A DNA stretch of 63,840 nucleotides, counting the filler, from Hausera hauseri (lineage: Eukaryota): assembly GCA_046269625.1 (NCBI GenBank). It is 12 parts of 12 records of this genome, joined end to end, with 100 filler letters (N's around TTAATTAATTAA, not from the genome) between each part and the next. Parts side by side here need not be neighbours in the genome. Positions count along the whole stretch, not along the records: positions 58,547 to 63,840 come from JBJURY010287836.1; 11 more parts are not named here. The stretch is one strand, 5' to 3'. The translations under genes and the position numbers were made by a program. The notes beneath the pieces are model-generated. The model saw nothing but the letters and a program-made list of their open reading frames with translations, did no database searches and had not been told where the DNA came from. Shown one piece after another: positions 63,423-63,840 of this stretch. The stretch's first letter is position 1. Every line of letters starts with the position of its first letter.

Positions 63423-63840
63423 CAACTAAAGAGCTGGTTATTCTATCATTCAACAAAGAATTGGTTTGATTTCAAGACCATTCTTTGTTATAAGATTGAC
63501 CCTTACTGTTTATTTTTTACACCGATGAGTAAAGAGAGAGTTATGAAAACGAATACCGGATGACCTAGAATCGACGAACCGCCATCCATCCAAGAACAAG
63601 AACGATGTAATATTGATAAATCACCAAAACACCGACTTAGTATCGACGAATCCCTGCAGAACTACGCTACCGTCTTCCTCCAAAATTCCAAATCTATATA
63701 TCGAGAAATTCATAACTAATTGCATGAGAGAACTTCCGTGAAGTATGATCAAACCAGTAAAATCCCTAACAGTTGAAAGGGTATAGCGGAGGAAAAGAGG
63801 ACAGTTTACCATTACGCCATGAGAGAAGACACGGATACCC

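Overview
This window is not one locus. It is 12 short contigs from an invertebrate animal assembly, joined by 11 artificial 100-nt spacers (44 N + TTAATTAATTAA + 44 N), so adjacency across spacers carries no meaning. Decayed mobile DNA dominates. (1) Three copies of one Ty3/Gypsy family (1-5647 +, 35194-39285 -, 58547-63422 +). One copy has a chuvirus/gB-type class III fusion glycoprotein upstream of the protease; the other two have a second, integrase-fused type I membrane protein with an FN3 domain. (2) Three copies of a Polinton/adintovirus-like protein-primed DNA polymerase B facing an unknown ORF, with a UBA-RING (IAP-like) gene behind it in two copies. (3) CsRN1-like Gypsy pieces, including a Gag preceded in frame by a ubiquitin-like domain ending RLRGG. 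(4) Tc1, DD37E, hAT-like, piggyBac and RTE-LINE remnants. Host genes are a C-type lectin-PAN gene, one MSH3 exon, a variant tRNA-Lys, a dynein heavy chain fragment and a 5-HT4-like GPCR. The GPCR stop codon lies in a UGA-CUAG readthrough context, followed by an 82-codon open extension and a long stem. All calls come from manual motif reading; no database searches were run, and the boundaries of degenerate elements are approximate.
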